From the NCBI GenBank assembly GCA_030427925.1, contig JAUICJ010000001.1, forward strand, positions 235,388 through 299,387: DNA of 64,000 nucleotides. Direction: 5' to 3'. This document shows positions 8,802 through 18,070 of this stretch, piece after piece. Below the pieces are notes generated by a model. It did not search any database and had not been told where the DNA came from. It worked only from the letters and a program-made list of their open reading frames with translations. The position numbers were made by a program, and so were the translations under genes. Position 1 is the stretch's first letter. The number at the start of each line of letters is the position of its first letter. This DNA comes from Bacteroidia bacterium. Its GTDB lineage: Bacteria; Bacteroidota; Bacteroidia; Flavobacteriales_D; Sanyastnellaceae.

Positions 8802-9665
8802 TTACAAGGGATCTTCGTTGGCCAAAATGCAACGCACCGACAAGCCGTTCAGTTTGTTCCATTGCCCTTTGATGACCTGATCCGATTCAGTGCTGAGCAT
8901 GCGGTTGTTCACATAGAACCCGGCCGTTGTGGTGCTCCAAAAGCCCGTGCCCGAACCGAGCGCTGTGAATCCACCGGCCACGGCTCTTCTTCCAACAGGC
9001 AGGGCGTTGAAGCCCGATGAATTCAGGCCATTCCATCCGGCAGATGACTTCATTTGTGCCCCTTGATTTGTGCCCCTTAGGCCGACGGTTGCGACTTCTC
9101 CTGCGTCCATTCCCAGATGCAGTTCCAAGGTTTGCCATTCCGTTTCCGAGGGCACGTGCCAACCTGAAGGGCACAGGCCACGCGCATCCGCGACCGCATA
9201 CCAATTGTACAGGCGGCCGGAACTTGCGAAGTTGCTGATGCTGTCCAGGTTGTAAATGGCTTGCGCGCCATAGTCGGCCTCGGACCACGTGGTTGCGTCC
9301 AGGTTTCCAAGAATGGGGTCGCCATTGGTGTACGATGCGGACCGAAGGTTTTCCGCAAACCAACATTGTTCGCCCACCGCAACGGTGGCGTAGGTGTGGT
9401 TTTGGTAGGACAGCAAATCGCCGCAGGCCCACGGTTCGGCTTGCGGTTCGGCTGTTTGCAGGCGAGCGATTTGCGCGAAAAGGCTGTCCGTCCGAGTGAA
9501 GAGCGAGTCGAAAGCGGCTTCCATCAATTCCGGACGGAACTGCAAGGAGGAACGGTCATCGCTTTCGCAGCCGACGAGGCAATGGTGGGCTGGGTTTTGG
9601 CCTGAAGCAATCGCTGAGAACCCACCGAAGAGCCCTAGGAAAACAAGTTGATGAAGGCTCCTCAT
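8802..9665 (-). CDS. FISUMP (Fibrobacter succinogenes major paralogous) domain protein, secreted
   Basis: Signal peptide, then the characteristic CWFAENLRS...YTNGDPI...LYNWYAV.D.RGLCPSGWHVPS..EW core and a C-terminal GLSVRCI. Confidence 0.85.
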   Translation of the reverse strand: MRSLHQLVFLGLFGGFSAIASGQNPAHHCLVGCESDDRSSLQFRPELMEAAFDSLFTRTDSLFAQIARLQTAEPQAEPWACGDLLSYQNHTYATVAVGEQCWFAENLRSASYTNGDPILGNLDATTWSEADYGAQAIYNLDSISNFASSGRLYNWYAVADARGLCPSGWHVPSETEWQTLELHLGMDAGEVATVGLRGTNQGAQMKSSAGWNGLNSSGFNALPVGRRAVAGGFTALGSGTGFWSTTTAGFYVNNRMLSTESDQVIKGQWNKLNGLSVRCILANEDPL

Positions 9666-9666
9666 C

Positions 9667-10491
9667 TCAGTTCACTTCATCTTGAATGCAACGAATGGAG
9701 AGCCCCGCCGATTTGTCGCCCGAATCGGAATAATAGACGTCGATGAACCCCCGCCACTGCGCGGTAGTTTCGGAGGTTTCCGTGCGGGTCCAGAGGTAAC
9801 CGTAGGTGTTGCCCCATTCAAACCCTTCTGTCGTGACTCGGCCTCCAGGCAACATGGAAAATCCGCTGGAATTGGTTCCAGACCAAGGCAGCACATCACT
9901 GGGGGAGGATAAGTAGTCCGCGTATTCCAACCCAGGGACTTCGCTGTCCGAGGGCACCTGCCAACCCGTCGGGCACAGGCCGCGCTCATCCTCTACGGCA
10001 AACCAATTGTAAAGCCGGCCGTATGGGCATCCGAAGTTGATGGGGTTGCTTTCGTAATGCACTTGGCCCCCCTCGTTCAGTGACAGCCAATCCTCTACGT
10101 TCGATGCCGTGGCAATGGCGTCCCCGTTCGCATAATGGGTGCTCCTCAAATTCTCCGCGAACCAACACCGCCCGGCAATTTCAACCGTGCGGTAAGCGTA
10201 TCCATCGAACTCGATGCGGGAAGTTCCACAAGCGAAGGCTCCGTTGCCTTCCGCGAACGCTCCGCTTTCCGCCAACGAATCAAGCAAGGTCTCCAATTGA
10301 GTGACCCGATTGAACAAGGTGTCGAAGGCCACCTCGGCTCGCAGGGGATCGAACCGAACGGAACTGCGCGTGCCATCCTCGCAACCAGATAAGCAATGGC
10401 TTTGAGCGGATGATTCGGAGCTGGCGAACAGGATCGCTGCGCAACAAATGACCATCGATTGCGCAGTGAAAGCGGCAAGTTGGATTTTCAT
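9667..10491 (-). CDS. FISUMP domain protein, secreted (tandem paralogue)
   Basis: It has the same motifs (CWFAENLRSTHYANGD, LYNWFAVEDERGLCPTGWQVPS, GLSIRCI). The N-terminal HCLSGCED...FDTLFNRV region is shared with the neighbouring paralogue. There is a 1-nt gap to that gene. Confidence 0.85.
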   Translation of the reverse strand: MKIQLAAFTAQSMVICCAAILFASSESSAQSHCLSGCEDGTRSSVRFDPLRAEVAFDTLFNRVTQLETLLDSLAESGAFAEGNGAFACGTSRIEFDGYAYRTVEIAGRCWFAENLRSTHYANGDAIATASNVEDWLSLNEGGQVHYESNPINFGCPYGRLYNWFAVEDERGLCPTGWQVPSDSEVPGLEYADYLSSPSDVLPWSGTNSSGFSMLPGGRVTTEGFEWGNTYGYLWTRTETSETTAQWRGFIDVYYSDSGDKSAGLSIRCIQDEVN

Positions 10492-10780
10492 GATTGAGAT
10501 GACAAATGCGTTTCATCAAATTTATTCGCCCATTCATCGGTTTTTTGTTGAGAATGGGCGCCATGGAATGTGTGATGGCTCTATCTTCTTTGTCAGGAAG
10601 GCCGATGGGCCTCATTCAATCGATTAGCAATCAAATGAGTAACCTGTAGCTGAGCGGGGGAGCGTTGCGATTTCCCCTGAGGGCTTTTGCATGCCGTTTG
10701 GGAGAATAAAACAATGTGGAGTGCGGTTCTTGGGAATTCATTTCACCTAATTTTTGGCGTGCACTCAAGAACTTTGTGTC

Positions 10781-12109
10781 ATGAACTTCGCCCGCGCTTG
10801 CCTGTTGAGCTGTTTGTTGGCCTCCATCGGCACCGTGCAGGGGCAGGACGCTTGCGGTGAGCTGACGCTTCAGGATTTGATCAAGTCCGAGCAGTGCATC
10901 GCGCGGTACCCAACGCACCGTGATTGCGACAGCTTGCGGAATGCATTGCAAGTGCGCATGCTTGCAATGCGCCAGCTCAAGCCCGAGGGGTGGGCGACGA
11001 TGGATCCATGGGCGGGGGTGAAGGCCGCGGATTGTTTGGACAGGTCGGGTCAAGCGGAGTGGTGGTTTGCCCTCGGCGTGTTTTACATGGAGCAGCTTGA
11101 TTTTACGTCGGCAATGGGGGCGTTCGAGGAGGTCATGGCGCTTTCTGATTGGGAGGAACATGTGGGTAAGGCCCAAATCATGAAGGCCATTTGCGAGTCC
11201 GAGTTGGGCCAGCACGACGCGGCGCTTGCGTCGTGTGCTTCGGCCATAGCACGGTGGGGTGAGGGGGAGATTCCGCCGTTGTATGGTTTGAATTTGGCGC
11301 ACGTGCTGCAGGCAGCAGGTTGGCATCACACGGCCTTGAATTGGCTGATTCATTCGATGGGTCGCGCGCTGCATGGGCCCTCGGATGAAGTGCCGGGATT
11401 GCAAAACGCGCTGGCCGAGGCCATTCTTGAAAGTGCGTTTCATGCGGGCCGCTGCGATGTTGCAGAAAGGGCAATCGGTTCGTTGGAGTTGCCGATGGCG
11501 AATTGGGAGCGCCTTGAACAATCGGGCATCCTGCAATGGTTGGCGTTGGATTGCCAATTGGCATTTCAGCAACCTGCCGGGAAGAAGACACCGGCATTTG
11601 AAGGCAACGGTCCAAGGCGCGAGGCCGTCCACGATGTTTCGGTTGCCATTCAAGGACCGGTGTCCGTTCCGTTCTTTGCGAAGCCCCCATCGGGCCTCCT
11701 ATTCGTGCCCGTGCTCGTGTTCGTCGCGTGGATCGTCGTTCGAACAGTTCGGCGAAGCGGGGAAGCGGTTACCCTTGAAGCGTGTTTCCGGCGCATGCCG
11801 AGCCTGATTTTGGAAGGCCAAACCAGCATGGAGTTGTCCGAAACGTGGTCTCAAATTGAACGGCGGCTTCCCGCCGCGCTCCTCAGTGAATTGAACGAGG
11901 ACCCGGTTTTGGAGCGGCTCACCGAGCGTGAGTTGGAGGTGCTTCAGTTGGCCATGGTGGGGATGATGCCGAAGCAGATTGCGGTGGAGCTGGAGTTGTC
12001 GCCGAAATACATTTACAACATCTTCTCGGAATTGCGTCAGAAACTGGATTTGGATCGCGACCAAAGCTTGCAAGCTTGGCGTGAACAAGAAGCGGAGGGC
12101 AAGTCATGA
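10781..12109 (+). CDS. Membrane-anchored TPR-like sensor with C-terminal LuxR/GerE-type HTH
   Basis: The ATG at 10781 gives a signal-like MNFARACLLSCLLASIGTVQG. This is followed by a helical-repeat region, a TM segment (LLFVPVLVFVAWIVV), then LTERELEVLQLAMVGMMPKQIAVELELSPKYIYNIFSELRQKL, a classic LuxR-family HTH. Confidence 0.75.
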   Translation: MNFARACLLSCLLASIGTVQGQDACGELTLQDLIKSEQCIARYPTHRDCDSLRNALQVRMLAMRQLKPEGWATMDPWAGVKAADCLDRSGQAEWWFALGVFYMEQLDFTSAMGAFEEVMALSDWEEHVGKAQIMKAICESELGQHDAALASCASAIARWGEGEIPPLYGLNLAHVLQAAGWHHTALNWLIHSMGRALHGPSDEVPGLQNALAEAILESAFHAGRCDVAERAIGSLELPMANWERLEQSGILQWLALDCQLAFQQPAGKKTPAFEGNGPRREAVHDVSVAIQGPVSVPFFAKPPSGLLFVPVLVFVAWIVVRTVRRSGEAVTLEACFRRMPSLILEGQTSMELSETWSQIERRLPAALLSELNEDPVLERLTERELEVLQLAMVGMMPKQIAVELELSPKYIYNIFSELRQKLDLDRDQSLQAWREQEAEGKS

Positions 12110-12693
12110 ATGCGTTTCCACTTCCTCCAACGCCGCAAGGGGTTCACTGGTCGTGGTGGGCGTTCGTGGGATGCTGCGTGCTTGCGGGGGCCGTTGCAGG
12201 GTGGTCCCATTGGCGGGCACGGCAACGGGCGGTTGAGGGTCGGAGGGCCAAATTGCTGCCCAGCTTCGAACGCGAGTGCCGCATCATTCGGGCGTATGTT
12301 CAAGGGAAACCCGACGTGCGGATGCAGGATGCCGCCGATGCGTTGCGGCGGCTGCATTTGAAAACAGCGGTCCGATTGATTCAAGGTGAGTTTGCTTTTC
12401 GAGGGGGCACGGTGCGATTGCCATCGAGCGTGCTGCAGGTTGCCGTGGGCGTTTTTTGGGGGTTGAGCTCGAGCGATTTGGCCTTGCTCCTGAACATCAG
12501 CAAGAGCTACGTATATCGGCAACGGAAGGAGTTGCGGGACGCGCTGCAACTTCGGGATGACGAGTCCCTAGAATCCGCGGTCCTTGAATTGTTCGGCAGC
12601 GGTGACCCGGTCAAATACCGGATGCCATTCGGGCAGCCGCTCACATTCGACCTTCCCCCTCAAGCCGCCCTCCAAAAGAAGTCATCGAAATAG
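12106..12693 (+). CDS. Small membrane-anchored protein with HTH-like segment
   Basis: ATGA overlap with the upstream regulator gene. N-terminal TM segment (WWAFVGCCVLAGAVAGW) and an HTH-like LSSSDLALLLNISKSYVYRQRKELRDAL. Confidence 0.6.
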   Translation: MNAFPLPPTPQGVHWSWWAFVGCCVLAGAVAGWSHWRARQRAVEGRRAKLLPSFERECRIIRAYVQGKPDVRMQDAADALRRLHLKTAVRLIQGEFAFRGGTVRLPSSVLQVAVGVFWGLSSSDLALLLNISKSYVYRQRKELRDALQLRDDESLESAVLELFGSGDPVKYRMPFGQPLTFDLPPQAALQKKSSK

Positions 12694-12699
12694 GACGGC

Positions 12700-12720
12700 C
12701 CGACGCGTCTCCCGCGTCGG
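12700..12720 (+). terminator. GC-rich hairpin after the regulator pair (possible terminator)
   Basis: CCGACGCG-TCTCC-CGCGTCGG immediately after the stop at 12693. It has no T tract, so this is weak. Confidence 0.3.
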
Positions 12721-12819
12721 GACGCCCGGTCCACGGGAGAATCGAGGCCAGCCTCAACGTGGGGAACGGTTGAGTCTGCGGATCTTCTGTTACCTTTCCG
12801 TACCTGATCTTCAAAGAAC

Positions 12820-14184
12820 ATGAAACGAAACCGCCCTACCGCCGTCCTTTCCGTGTGCTCATTCGTGATCTCGAATGCCCTGCTGGCCCAGTTGGAACCC
12901 ACCGCCATCGCGCCCATGATGGATTACCGGGAAGCGCACGCCATGGTGCCCTTAGGGTCGGGCATGCTGGTCATTGGAGGCTTTGATGGTGGGGCGACAA
13001 CGGCCGCTTGTGAATGGTATGACCCGGAGATGGACGATTGGACGAGCGTGGCTTCTTTGCCTGAACCCCGGCAGGACGCCACGGCGCACAGCGTAGCGGA
13101 AGGCGTCTTCGTCATCGGTGGATGGGATGGCGGGGCGACGAATTTCGATGACATCCTGCGGTATGACGCAGAATTGGATGAGTGGACCGCTGTGGCGACG
13201 ATGGGCCAAGGAAGAAGTGGCCACGCGAGCGTGGTCACTCCGGAGGGCATTTTCATTTGTGGAGGATACAACGGCAGCATTGACCTTGCCGAATGCGATG
13301 TGTTCGACGTGAACTCGTACGAAGTCACGCCCATGCCCGCGATGGGGGTGGCGCGTTCCAGTTTTGCCATGATGCAGTTCGACCATGCCGGCACCCCGCT
13401 CACGTTGGTGGCGGGCGGCTTCAATCCCGGTGCGGGATTTCAGTTGGCAGCCTGTGAGGTGTTTGACGGTGCGGCGTGGGTTCCCGCGGCGGATTTGCCC
13501 TGGGGAGTGGACAATTTGGCCGGGGCGGTGATGGGGGGCGGTTCGGTTCCCGTTGTGACGGGGGGACGGGTGTTCAATGGCGTGGCCAACTTGTTCGAAG
13601 GCATGGACCAAGGGGCCGTTTACGATGCGGGTTCGGATGCTTGGGTGGCGTTCGATTTGGCCGGACCACACAGTTACCACGGCATGGCGGTGGGGCCCGA
13701 CTCCCGCATTTGGATCAGCGGAGGCGCGAATGAAACCGGAAACGGCGTGAGCACCACGTTCTCCTTTGCGGAACAGGGTCAGCTGGAGGCGGCATCGGTG
13801 GTGCAGCCTTTTGCGAGCGCGATGGAGCCCGGGGAGTGCGCAGGACGGTTTCGAGCGGCCGTGGCGACGGATGGGGACTGGGTGGTGGTGACGGGTGGAG
13901 ATGCAGCCATGGTGGGCACGGGATACCGGGTGGCTTGGGGCGGGCCAAGTGCGGTTTCTGCGCCGATCAATCCGTCCGATTTGAGCGTTTTCCCGAATCC
14001 GTGCGTGGGGCGAGCGGTGCTCGTGGGCGCCGATGCTTCCGAGCCGTGGCAGGTGTTTGATCGGAATGGTCGGTTGGTGCTGGAAGGCCGAGGGCCGGGG
14101 GTGGATTTGGCACCCTTGACCAACGGATGGTACACCGTGCGTGTTGCAGGAGGGCGCAAGGCGGCCGTCATCCTCCAAAAATGA
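12820..14184 (+). CDS. Kelch-repeat (beta-propeller) protein with T9SS C-terminal sorting domain
   Basis: Signal peptide, then repeated GG(F/W/Y)DG... Kelch-like units. The C-terminus LSVFPNPCVGRAVLV...GWYTVRVAGGRKAAVILQK is typical of a T9SS CTD. Confidence 0.8.
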   Translation: MKRNRPTAVLSVCSFVISNALLAQLEPTAIAPMMDYREAHAMVPLGSGMLVIGGFDGGATTAACEWYDPEMDDWTSVASLPEPRQDATAHSVAEGVFVIGGWDGGATNFDDILRYDAELDEWTAVATMGQGRSGHASVVTPEGIFICGGYNGSIDLAECDVFDVNSYEVTPMPAMGVARSSFAMMQFDHAGTPLTLVAGGFNPGAGFQLAACEVFDGAAWVPAADLPWGVDNLAGAVMGGGSVPVVTGGRVFNGVANLFEGMDQGAVYDAGSDAWVAFDLAGPHSYHGMAVGPDSRIWISGGANETGNGVSTTFSFAEQGQLEAASVVQPFASAMEPGECAGRFRAAVATDGDWVVVTGGDAAMVGTGYRVAWGGPSAVSAPINPSDLSVFPNPCVGRAVLVGADASEPWQVFDRNGRLVLEGRGPGVDLAPLTNGWYTVRVAGGRKAAVILQK

Positions 14185-14298
14185 GCCGCACGCCGGTTGC
14201 CGCTTCCGTGGAAAGGTGACGCTGCCCCCGAGCGCGATGAGCCGGCGCTCAGGTATGCTGAGGCGGCTCCATCGCGCTGGACCTGAGGAGTGCCGAAC

Positions 14299-15183
14299 TT
14301 AGAACTTGCGGCGCTCGAGGTGGTCCCAAATGCCCCAAAACGCACCCACGCTGCCCTCCGCGCCGACCTTCCACGCTTCGTCAAAGGCCGCGAAGTAGAA
14401 CATGGGGATGTCCTCTTTTTGGGACCAGCTCTGGGCGTTGATGAAGTACTTCAGGGCGTTTTCGTAACCGGGTTCGGCCGCGCCGAGGGATTCGCCCGAG
14501 CTGGGCCATCCGGTTTCGGTGATGATGACGGGCTTGGAGCCGGCTGCTTGTTTGGCCTGATAGTACATCTGCTTCATGTACAGCAGGGAATAGTCGATGT
14601 GGCAGCCCTCCCAATACGGGTAGCAATTCGCGAGGATCACGTCGCACGCTTCCGTGATCAGCGGGCGGTTGGTGAACTCGTAGTAAGCGTCCACGTAGCC
14701 CACGGGAAGGTTCGGCAGGGCGGCTTTCACGCGTTGGATGTAGTCGATCAGCTCGGCTTCTTCGAGTTCCTTTCGGTACATCACTTCGTTGCCGACTGCC
14801 GCGATGTCCACGTAGCCGTCGCGAGCCAACTCCACCAGCCGTTGGATTTCTTCCTCGTTCTTTTCCTTGTCGTCGCCCAACCAGGCGCCCACGAGGGTCT
14901 TGAAGCCGTATTCGCGGGCGAGGATGGGGATTTGGTCGTTGCCTTCGGTGCACGAGAAGACGCGGATCCACTTCGCATGCGGTGCGAGGAGCGCCAGTTT
15001 GCGGCGGATTTGTTCTTCGGAAATGGGGTCGCCCGGCTCTTGTTCGCCCTCGTACGGGCTGAAGCAAATGCCGTGCATCTTTTCATTCAGGTGCAGCGCA
15101 CATTGCTCCTGCAAGGCACTGCGATCGAGTCCGTTGACTTCCGTTCCCGTCAGCGACAGGACTTTTTCTTTCCGGTAAGACAT
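14299..15183 (-). CDS. Glycoside hydrolase family 17 (beta-1,3-glucanase/transglycosylase type), no signal peptide
   Basis: GICFSPY, AVGNEV (acid/base), ITETGWPS (nucleophile) and FYFAAFDEAWK motifs. 294 aa. Confidence 0.85.
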   Translation of the reverse strand: MSYRKEKVLSLTGTEVNGLDRSALQEQCALHLNEKMHGICFSPYEGEQEPGDPISEEQIRRKLALLAPHAKWIRVFSCTEGNDQIPILAREYGFKTLVGAWLGDDKEKNEEEIQRLVELARDGYVDIAAVGNEVMYRKELEEAELIDYIQRVKAALPNLPVGYVDAYYEFTNRPLITEACDVILANCYPYWEGCHIDYSLLYMKQMYYQAKQAAGSKPVIITETGWPSSGESLGAAEPGYENALKYFINAQSWSQKEDIPMFYFAAFDEAWKVGAEGSVGAFWGIWDHLERRKF

Positions 15184-15189
15184 GGGGCG

Positions 15190-16620
15190 TTATCCGTTGT
15201 TTTCGTTGCGTTGTGCGGCGAGTTGGGCCTTGATTTGGTCCGCTTTCTCCTCGGTGATGTCGTAGTTCTTGATGATCAAAACGGCGCCCAGCACCCCGGC
15301 GATCGGCAGGAACGTGTAGAACAGGCGCATGCCCGTGATGGACGATTCGGTCACGTTCTCGGCATCGAATCCCACGACGGACAAGATGAAGCCGCCCAGC
15401 AGCGCAGCCACACCGAAGCCGAGCTTCACCATCCACCAATACACCGCACCGAGCACGCCCTCGCGCCGCTTCCCGGTTTGGAGTTCATCCAAATCGCACA
15501 CGTCCGCCGTCATGCTCATCATGATGGTGAACAGGCTGCCGATGCCAAACGAATGGAACGGCAAGGCATACAAGAAAAGGTGCGGCTTTCCCGGAACGAA
15601 CAGGAACCAAAACAGCACGTATCCGACGATGGAAATGAGCTGTGCCGTGATGAACGCGCGCTTCTTGCCCATGCGCTTCGACATCTGCGCGACGAGGGGA
15701 ATGACGAGGAAGGTCGTGACCAGCGCGCCCACCGAACCGTGCAATGCGGGCCAGTAGCCGGCGCTTGCGGGATCGCTGTTGAACAGGTAGTGCACGATGA
15801 TGAGGAACGTGTACGCCGCGATGACATTGAAGGAGTTGAAAATCAGGAAGGTCGCACCGGCGATTTGGCGGAATTGCTTGATGCGAAACGCTTCGAACGC
15901 CGAAACGAAGATCTCCTTTACGCTGAGGACCACGCGCTTGGCACTGATCGGAACGAAGTCCGTGCGGTCGAGCGTGGACTTGCTCCGGATGAACAAGGCG
16001 GGGATGAGGGCGAAGAACGTGCACGGGATGGCCACCCAAATCGACAATTCCCGCACCCCGTGATCCGCCCCTTCCGGGAACCAAGCCGGATCGTACAAGA
16101 TGACCCAAAACCACGGCGCAATCACCCACGCCCACTGGCCGATGAATTGCGAGATGGCCATGATTTGCGTCCGCTCGTGGAAGTCCTCGCTGATTTCGTA
16201 GCCCATCGCCACGTAGGGCACGCTGAAGATGGTCAGGCCGAGGTAGAAGACGAGCGACCAGCTCAGGAAGTAAATGAAGTTGAACGTGACCCCATCGGCT
16301 TTGTCCAGTTGCCACATGGCGACGTAGGCAAGGCCCATGATGAGGGCGCCGATGAACACGTATTGCCGGCGGCGGCCCCACTTCGAGCGGGTGTTGTCCG
16401 AGATGAAGCCCATGATGGGGTCCGTGACGGCGTCGAAGATGCGGGGGACAAATTGGATGATGCCCCAAAGAAGGGCGGCGAATCCGAGGTCTTGGACGAG
16501 CACGATGATGAAGACGCCGAGGGCTGCGGGGAACATTTGGTTCGCGAGCATGCCGAAGCCAAAGGCGATTTTCTGGCCCATCGGGACGCCCTGCGTTGGA
16601 GGCGATGTGAGTTCACTCAT
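15190..16620 (-). CDS. GPH/MFS-family glycoside:cation symporter
   Basis: 476 aa with 12 predicted TM-like segments. The N-terminal motif DAVTDPIMGFISDNTRSKWGRRR is typical of glycoside-pentoside-hexuronide transporters. ATGA overlap with the upstream GH30 stop. Confidence 0.85.
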   Translation of the reverse strand: MSELTSPPTQGVPMGQKIAFGFGMLANQMFPAALGVFIIVLVQDLGFAALLWGIIQFVPRIFDAVTDPIMGFISDNTRSKWGRRRQYVFIGALIMGLAYVAMWQLDKADGVTFNFIYFLSWSLVFYLGLTIFSVPYVAMGYEISEDFHERTQIMAISQFIGQWAWVIAPWFWVILYDPAWFPEGADHGVRELSIWVAIPCTFFALIPALFIRSKSTLDRTDFVPISAKRVVLSVKEIFVSAFEAFRIKQFRQIAGATFLIFNSFNVIAAYTFLIIVHYLFNSDPASAGYWPALHGSVGALVTTFLVIPLVAQMSKRMGKKRAFITAQLISIVGYVLFWFLFVPGKPHLFLYALPFHSFGIGSLFTIMMSMTADVCDLDELQTGKRREGVLGAVYWWMVKLGFGVAALLGGFILSVVGFDAENVTESSITGMRLFYTFLPIAGVLGAVLIIKNYDITEEKADQIKAQLAAQRNENNG

Positions 16621-18065
16621 GATTCAAGGGGTTTCAGAAGGAGGGTTTGGAGGGTTTGTGCGCCGACGACCACGCGGAACGCATCCTCGGCAAGGCCTTC
16701 GATGCGCAAGGTACGGGGGGAGTCGCTCGGGTTGAAGCAGACGATCGCATGGGATCCGTCGGGGGTTTCGGCGGCCACGGCCACGACATCGAGGTCGCTG
16801 CAGGTGCTTCCCAGAACGGTCGCACCGGGGCGCAGGAATTTGCTGAAATGGCACATCACGTCGTAGAGCGGCGTGAAGTAGACTTCGTCGCGCTCGGGGT
16901 CGACGATGACCGGCGCGACGCACCAGTTTTCGAACCAGTTGGGGCCGCCTTGCCGGTCGAGCACGAGGTTCCAGTCGATCCACCCGTCCACCCAGTGGTT
17001 GAGGCAGCCGATGAGGTCCCGGGCGTAGCGGTGGACCGGCGCATACTTCGGGTGCAGGTGCTTTTTCTCGGGTTCCCGCCACGTGTAGCCCCAATCGGTC
17101 GCTTCCGCGCGCCAGTACCAGTCGTCGTCTTGCCAAACCGGAACCTGCGCGTCGCAACAGGCTTCGGTTTGGATGAGGAACTTGTCGGGAGCCGCCTCGT
17201 GGGCGCGGTCGAGGGCGTCGGGGAAGTGGTCGATGGTGCTTTCGTACCAGTGCACCGCCGTCCCCGCGAAGTGCTCGCTGGGGTACATGACGGAGACCCA
17301 TTCGTCGAGGCCTTCTCGGTTTTGGTCATAGCCCAAAACGTGGAGGTGGCCCAACCCATTTGCCTCGAGCGTCGGCCCCAAATGCTGCTCCACGAAATCG
17401 GTCATCTCCTGGGGCGAATACAGCATGCTCTCCCAGTTGTCCCCGTTTCCATGCGGCTCGTTTTCAACGGTATACCCCCAAATCGACACGCCTTCCGCGG
17501 CATACGCCTGCGCGTGCTTGACGAAAAAGTTCGCCCAGGTCGGCCGCAACTCGGGCCGCAGCCGCCCGCCCACCCACGCGCGGTTGTCCTTCATCCACGG
17601 CGGAGCGGTCCACGGCGATGCGATGACCTTGAACCCGTCCGTCGAAATCGCCTGCGCTTCCCGAATCATCGGCAGCAGGTACTCGCGGTCCGGGTGAATG
17701 CTGAAGTGCACGAGGTCCACGTCGCCTTCCACCGGCGCGTAACTGTACTGAAACCGCGAAAAGTCGCACGAATTCATGTGCGTCCGGGTGAGGGAATAGT
17801 GCGCGCCGTCCTCGTGGAAGTACGCCTCCAGGATGCGCTGCCGCTGCGCCGGACTCAACTGGTAGACGAGGTAGGCCGAGGCATCCGTGAAGGACCCGCC
17901 AAATCCCGTAACGCGCTGCTTCCGCTGGGCCGCATCCACCCGCAACGTCGCTTCGTCCGCCACGGGCTGGTCCCACGCCGCGATCGTTTCCTGCGGCACG
18001 GCATGAAACCGCCCCCCGTGCCGGGACGTCTCAAAGGCCGCAAGGTGGAACCGCTCCATCGACAT
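16617..18065 (-). CDS. Glycoside hydrolase family 30 (glucosylceramidase-like; probable beta-1,6-glucanase), no signal peptide
   Basis: GFGGSFTDASAY near the N-terminus, TVENEP (acid/base), and a TEAC region. The overall length of 482 aa is typical of GH30. Confidence 0.8.
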   Translation of the reverse strand: MSMERFHLAAFETSRHGGRFHAVPQETIAAWDQPVADEATLRVDAAQRKQRVTGFGGSFTDASAYLVYQLSPAQRQRILEAYFHEDGAHYSLTRTHMNSCDFSRFQYSYAPVEGDVDLVHFSIHPDREYLLPMIREAQAISTDGFKVIASPWTAPPWMKDNRAWVGGRLRPELRPTWANFFVKHAQAYAAEGVSIWGYTVENEPHGNGDNWESMLYSPQEMTDFVEQHLGPTLEANGLGHLHVLGYDQNREGLDEWVSVMYPSEHFAGTAVHWYESTIDHFPDALDRAHEAAPDKFLIQTEACCDAQVPVWQDDDWYWRAEATDWGYTWREPEKKHLHPKYAPVHRYARDLIGCLNHWVDGWIDWNLVLDRQGGPNWFENWCVAPVIVDPERDEVYFTPLYDVMCHFSKFLRPGATVLGSTCSDLDVVAVAAETPDGSHAIVCFNPSDSPRTLRIEGLAEDAFRVVVGAQTLQTLLLKPLES

Positions 18066-18070
18066 GGCGC

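Noticed and set aside
7005-12700. Classical tRNA-integrated genomic island with integrase
   Set aside because: No integrase or recombinase gene is present, and I could not find a duplicated tRNA 3' end (att) by eye. Only compositional deviation supports foreign origin, so it is reported as a low-confidence observation and not as a mobile element.
14290-16866. 858-aa plus-strand ORF, together with similar long shadow ORFs at 2190-3920, 16647-18098, 18092-19144, 19102-20316, 20365-23340, 24846-25337, 53415-54851 and 54665-55819
   Set aside because: All are antisense or out of frame to genes with clear family motifs (GH17, GPH transporter, GH30, YdeP-type, GH149-like, speA/speB). They show Arg/Ala/Gly/Pro/His-biased composition and no recognisable domains.
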